Origin: Candidatus Cloacimonadales bacterium
GTDB lineage: Bacteria > Cloacimonadota > Cloacimonadia > Cloacimonadales > JAIOQZ01
Direction of reading: 5' to 3'
NCBI GenBank assembly: GCA_963674825.1
Contig: OY771587.1
Coordinates: 1,472,001 to 1,536,000 of the forward strand
Length of the DNA: 64,000 nucleotides
The notes below the pieces were generated by a model that searched no databases, was not told the DNA's origin, and was given only the letters and a program-made list of their open reading frames with translations. Of this stretch, positions 59,925-64,000 are shown in pieces; position 1 is the stretch's first letter, and each line of letters starts with the position of its first letter. Made by a program: the position numbers and the translations under genes.

Positions 59925-62798
59925 TTATTTTAGCATCACAGCCTTACGAACACTCGAGTATTTGCCGGCTTTCATCCTCACAAGGAATATACCGGAGCCA
60001 ACCGATCGGTTCCGCGAATCGGTGCCGTTCCATGTCACTTCATGCCACCCGGCATTGACACGACCTTCGTCAAGCCGCTTTACAAGCTGGCCGCGGAGAT
60101 TGTAAATATCCAGCACAACCCGTTCTTCTTTCGCAAGGCCGTACCTGAATGTAGTCGATGGATTGAACGGGTTCGGGTAGATACCGGCAAAGGAATCGAA
60201 CGTTGGAATCATTTCCGGATCTGTTCCCTGCCATTCGAACTCCGTTTCAGCCGGATCGGATTCTCCGGTTGTATAAACGCAGGTCACACCGATAGTATGC
60301 ACGCCTGCTGACGGGGTTTCCCAGAAATAATATGTCTCGGAAACATTCTGCAGCAGCTCACCATCCAGATAGACATTGAAGCTCTGCAAACTGCGGTTCC
60401 AGGGCAATTCCCATCTCACCAGCGCTCCGCCTTCAGCGTTATCAACCGTCAGATTGATGGGCGCGAACAGCGTTTCGATCAGCTCGATATCCATCTCGTA
60501 ATCCTGCTCAATCACGATATTGTTCTGACCAAAGTCGTCGTATAGGTCAAAATCGACTTCAAGATCGTAGGTTCCGTGCGCAATATACGGGAAAATAATC
60601 TCGCCATTTGCTGGAGCGATGGCCGAGTATACGTGGTTGGGATTACCATCCTGGTTGGTGAACGTCAATTCCGCACCCTGTGGTGATTCTCCGCTGTTGA
60701 GCGAGATATTGAAGATCGCCGGGCTGGCATCATCGTTGGATACGGTCATGCAAATCGGAATCTCGACCATCGGAGTTGCCGGGTCGTTGCTCGATATCTG
60801 CGCTACCGCGTCATAAGCTCCAAGCTCCATGCCGATCGAATTGAACACCAGTGTGATATCTGTCGATTCTCCAGGCGCAAGGCTCCCTGAGCTGGTAACG
60901 GCTTCCACCCAACCCGGACCGCAGGAGAGTTCCACAGCCAGACCGCTTGTGACATAATCAGCGTTATAGACAACCTGTAATCCATCGGTGCCCAAAGAGT
61001 TCTCGATGCCGACCGTCGCGGTGTCGAGCGACCCAGTCATCGATTCGTACAGGAAGGTGATCCTGCCACCCTGACGTATCCGGGCTTGCAACGTAATTCC
61101 GCCGGTTCCAGAATAATAGGCCCAGTTATTGAACTGGATGACAAATTCGTTGCCGTCCTGCATCGTGTATGCCGTACCGCCATTACTTCCGTCCATATCG
61201 TCCCAGAACGGGCAGATGATGTTGTTGGGAGTTGATGCGGTAGGAATCGGAGCGTTAGAATACGCCGTCATGTTGACATTTTCGGCTGCGAATCCAATGA
61301 ATCCGTTTGAATTCAGGTAAACCTGATTGTACGTGAAGCCGTAGTAAGTGAAATCGAATCCGAGATCGAATGGACCTGCATAGCCTTCATCCATCGGATC
61401 GAAGGAGGAGGTTGCAATCCAGTTCGTAATCTGGGTGCCCTCGGATGTGATATCCTCCCAGATATACTCGGGACCGTCCGGTTCGTTGCTGTCGACCCAG
61501 GTGTATCCGAATTGATCTGGACCTCCCTCGTCACGGGTTTGAGGCATGCCGGTTCCATGCTCCTCAAAACCCTTGGGCGGAAGAGAAGCTTCCGGCGTGA
61601 TCGGGGCTTCGAGGATCAGCACTTCCCGGTTGAGTTCCACCAGGTCAAGCGCGAATTCGAGGACGCTATTGCCATCGTTGGTGATGGTAATCGTCTGAGT
61701 TTCGTTACCTGTTTCAGGTGGAAGCATCACATTCATCTCGTACGGACCGGCGACAATCACAGGTGGTTCGAGGCAGCTTGCCATGACATCGAGCACAACG
61801 TTGCCGTCGGGATCGTTGCTGTAGATAGTAAGCTGCTCGGAGGCTTCTATCGATGAAGCAGGATCGCAGGTGATCTGTACTGTTGCCGATTCACCCGTAT
61901 CGAGCGTCCAGGGACCTGTCTGGTCAAGCGAGAAAACATCCCCGGAAATGGTGATGTTGCTCACCTCCAGCGGCTGGAGCCCCATGTTCAGGATATCGAG
62001 ACAGAATGTCTGTGGATATCCGATGAAAACGCTCTGGAAATCGACTTCATCGTACGACGTACACAGCGCAGGTACATTGCCCTCTGCCAGAAAAGCAAAG
62101 TAGCGTGCCATAAGCTGCACTTTTGTATTGGCTCCTTCGCCATCGCGATAAGAGCCGAAGATAACAGATGAAAAGATTGTTCGGTAGTCGTTTTCTCCAA
62201 CGTTGTAAACACCGCAACACGTACCGGATTGCGTCTGTTGATATTCCATTCCGCCATCAGCGTTGAGAACATCGACCAGATAATCCGATTCACCGGTGTT
62301 ATCATATTCAAAAGCAAGGTTATTCATGAAACCCAGGGGGGCACCGTTGATACCGGTGACAGTACCTGCGTTATCACTTACGTATTCAGTACCGAAGTAG
62401 CTGAATAGTGTGGTGTTGAAATGATCGGAGCCGAAATCGACTCCTTCGACATAGATGGCATTGCCATCTTCCAAAAAATTGACCAGTCTGGCCTGTTCAG
62501 CGGTGCCGACCGCACCGGGTGGTGTGCTTCCGCATCCTAAACACCACACTCCTAATGTGATGAAAATCACATCATAACCAGACAGATCGGTAGGCAGTGA
62601 GCTGACGTTGGTAAAACCTATTCCAAGGTCCGTCAGCGCGTTCTGCAAGCCAACCTGGCATCCCACCGAGCTTCCCGTCTCCGGATCGGCAATGGTCGAG
62701 CCATTGTCGTTATCCCAGAGCAGCACCTCCTGTGCGTTGCAAACCGCAAGGAGCATCAGAAACCCGATCAGGACACCAACACGCTTCAATGTGCGCAT
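59925..62798 (-). CDS. Secreted multidomain surface protein with T9SS tail, paralog 2
   Basis: AGGAGG RBS and ATG at 62798; collinear with 56486-59290; the two C-terminal tails are nearly identical in protein. Confidence 0.85.
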   Translation of the reverse strand: MRTLKRVGVLIGFLMLLAVCNAQEVLLWDNDNGSTIADPETGSSVGCQVGLQNALTDLGIGFTNVSSLPTDLSGYDVIFITLGVWCLGCGSTPPGAVGTAEQARLVNFLEDGNAIYVEGVDFGSDHFNTTLFSYFGTEYVSDNAGTVTGINGAPLGFMNNLAFEYDNTGESDYLVDVLNADGGMEYQQTQSGTCCGVYNVGENDYRTIFSSVIFGSYRDGEGANTKVQLMARYFAFLAEGNVPALCTSYDEVDFQSVFIGYPQTFCLDILNMGLQPLEVSNITISGDVFSLDQTGPWTLDTGESATVQITCDPASSIEASEQLTIYSNDPDGNVVLDVMASCLEPPVIVAGPYEMNVMLPPETGNETQTITITNDGNSVLEFALDLVELNREVLILEAPITPEASLPPKGFEEHGTGMPQTRDEGGPDQFGYTWVDSNEPDGPEYIWEDITSEGTQITNWIATSSFDPMDEGYAGPFDLGFDFTYYGFTYNQVYLNSNGFIGFAAENVNMTAYSNAPIPTASTPNNIICPFWDDMDGSNGGTAYTMQDGNEFVIQFNNWAYYSGTGGITLQARIRQGGRITFLYESMTGSLDTATVGIENSLGTDGLQVVYNADYVTSGLAVELSCGPGWVEAVTSSGSLAPGESTDITLVFNSIGMELGAYDAVAQISSNDPATPMVEIPICMTVSNDDASPAIFNISLNSGESPQGAELTFTNQDGNPNHVYSAIAPANGEIIFPYIAHGTYDLEVDFDLYDDFGQNNIVIEQDYEMDIELIETLFAPINLTVDNAEGGALVRWELPWNRSLQSFNVYLDGELLQNVSETYYFWETPSAGVHTIGVTCVYTTGESDPAETEFEWQGTDPEMIPTFDSFAGIYPNPFNPSTTFRYGLAKEERVVLDIYNLRGQLVKRLDEGRVNAGWHEVTWNGTDSRNRSVGSGIFLVRMKAGKYSSVRKAVMLK

Positions 62799-62867
62799 TG
62801 CGTACCTCCTGTCCTGTGGGGAGTGTCTTATCAAGGAACATGCATGAAAAGTAATGAGTAAAATATA

Positions 62868-62897
62868 GCTGTCAGTGATTATATAATCACTGACAGC
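62868..62897. promoter_or_regulatory. Perfect 30-bp palindrome in a divergent intergenic region (candidate operator)
   Basis: GCTGTCAGTGATTAT|ATAATCACTGACAGC; the palindrome is certain, the function is inferred. Confidence 0.5.
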
Positions 62898-63023
62898 ATG
62901 GATTTAATGCATGATTTGTACCATCTATTAATCGAATCTGTTCGATATACCCGAAATAAAAAAAACATTTACAGGAATATCTCGATTCGCTTCCATAGCG
63001 AAAAGCACTCTATCGGAGGTTTC

Positions 63024-63353
63024 ATGGAATTCATTACCGATCGCCACGACAATATCGTCATCTTCAAGATTACGGAAAAACTCGACTCTCTTTCAGCTCC
63101 TAAAGCCGAAAAAGCACTCCTTCCAGCAATCGAGGAAAACGGCAAATACATCCTGAACATGGGCCAACTCACCCACATCAGCAGTGCCGGACTTCGCGTC
63201 TTGCTCATGGCTGCAAAGAAGGTTCGCTCCACAAACAGCCGCATGATCCTTTGCGATATGTCTGAAACGATCCACGAGATCTTCGACATCGCTGGTTTCT
63301 CATCCATTTTCGAAATCAAGGGCTCTCAACAGGAGGCAATACAGGCGCTCTAA
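63024..63353 (+). CDS. STAS-domain anti-sigma factor antagonist (RsbV/SpoIIAA-like)
   Basis: GGAGG RBS; LD..SAP; phosphoacceptor motif ISSAGLR; EIFDIAGF. Confidence 0.9.
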   Translation: MEFITDRHDNIVIFKITEKLDSLSAPKAEKALLPAIEENGKYILNMGQLTHISSAGLRVLLMAAKKVRSTNSRMILCDMSETIHEIFDIAGFSSIFEIKGSQQEAIQAL

Positions 63354-64000
63354 TACAGCCTGAACATTGGGATGTCGATTGCACCAAATACACAAGCTCG
63401 ATACGCATCGATATCGGTTCTATTATTCACTTTGCGGAAGTTGGGGAGCATCTGACCTCCAAACCCAAATGTAATAGCCGTATTGGGTAAAGCATAGATA
63501 ATGAACGCCCCAGGTGCAAAGACGGAACTGAACTTCCAGTCCTGTGTCGATACATCTCCTCTGCTTTCAAAGAAGCTCATCTGGGAGTAAGTGCCCAAAT
63601 CGAGAACCGAGATCAGCATACCCAGGTTAACCTTGTTTGCTGGCTGGAATGTGAATTCAAGGCCAATCGGCATCATCAAACCGCATGTTGCATACTTACT
63701 CTCAATTTTTTCGGACTCATATGTTGCCTTTTCCCAACCACCCATTAGTCCGACATAGCTGTTGATGTAACATCCAAAGATCTTTTTATCGTCTGTTCTC
63801 GCATTACGTTTTGCCAGATAGCTTGTCTCAGGTAGAGCATATTTCTCATAAACTTCCCGTACATCATTGGCATCTTTCACACTGGCAAAAGCAGAAAGGA
63901 TTTCGATTGTCCGTTGGAAGTCGGTGTTCAGGAGATTTATATCAATTGACACATCTCCACCATCACTCATGATCTCAAGAATCACAACCAGTTGCCGAAT
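63350..64000 (-). CDS. Hypothetical protein, 3' part only; probably begins beyond the window; possible beta-barrel C-terminus
   Basis: Open frame running to the window edge; alternating hydrophobic strands; ends IDIPMFRLY. Confidence 0.55.
   Translation of the reverse strand: MRQLVVILEIMSDGGDVSIDINLLNTDFQRTIEILSAFASVKDANDVREVYEKYALPETSYLAKRNARTDDKKIFGCYINSYVGLMGGWEKATYESEKIESKYATCGLMMPIGLEFTFQPANKVNLGMLISVLDLGTYSQMSFFESRGDVSTQDWKFSSVFAPGAFIIYALPNTAITFGFGGQMLPNFRKVNNRTDIDAYRACVFGAIDIPMFRLY

Noticed and set aside
56486..60200. Near-identical 3' ends of the two paralogs as a DGR template/variable repeat pair
   Set aside because: The differences are mostly synonymous and not adenine-specific, both copies are coding, and there is no reverse transcriptase.

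Overview
Gene-dense bacterial window of about 40 CDS. I recognised no rRNA, tRNA, CRISPR array, transposase or integrase. Six secreted proteins end in a YPNPFNP...YNxxGQ...SGxY/F...KxxLxK type IX (Por) secretion/FlgD-Ig tail, which points to the FCB group; Cloacimonadota is my inference. Housekeeping content: hutI, mutY, an MCE protein, clpB with a CIRCE operator, lysS, def-fmt-DUF116, yajC and a SRAP protein. Envelope and secreted content: a thioester alpha-2-macroglobulin, two zinc-peptidase/TolB-propeller/beta-barrel proteins, a CotH kinase, a C25 gingipain-like protease, a lamin-tail protein and two tandem paralogous surface proteins. Signalling content: a TPR histidine kinase, a PAS adenylate cyclase, an NtrC-like regulator, two RsbW-like proteins and one STAS protein. 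The least explained structures are: (1) two modular hairpin arrays (35.9-36.1 kb and 59.6-59.9 kb) between stop codon and terminator, with covarying stems and mostly C-GNA-G triloops; (2) a REP-like inverted doublet bracketed by a duplicated terminator (1.35-1.6 kb); (3) a receiver-domain basic-amino-acid decarboxylase tightly coupled to lysS; (4) a triple repeat upstream of yajC; (5) a perfect 30-bp palindrome at 62.87 kb; (6) isolated Arg residues at apparent domain junctions of very acidic secreted proteins near the C25 protease. All functional calls come from motif recognition by eye; no searches were run.
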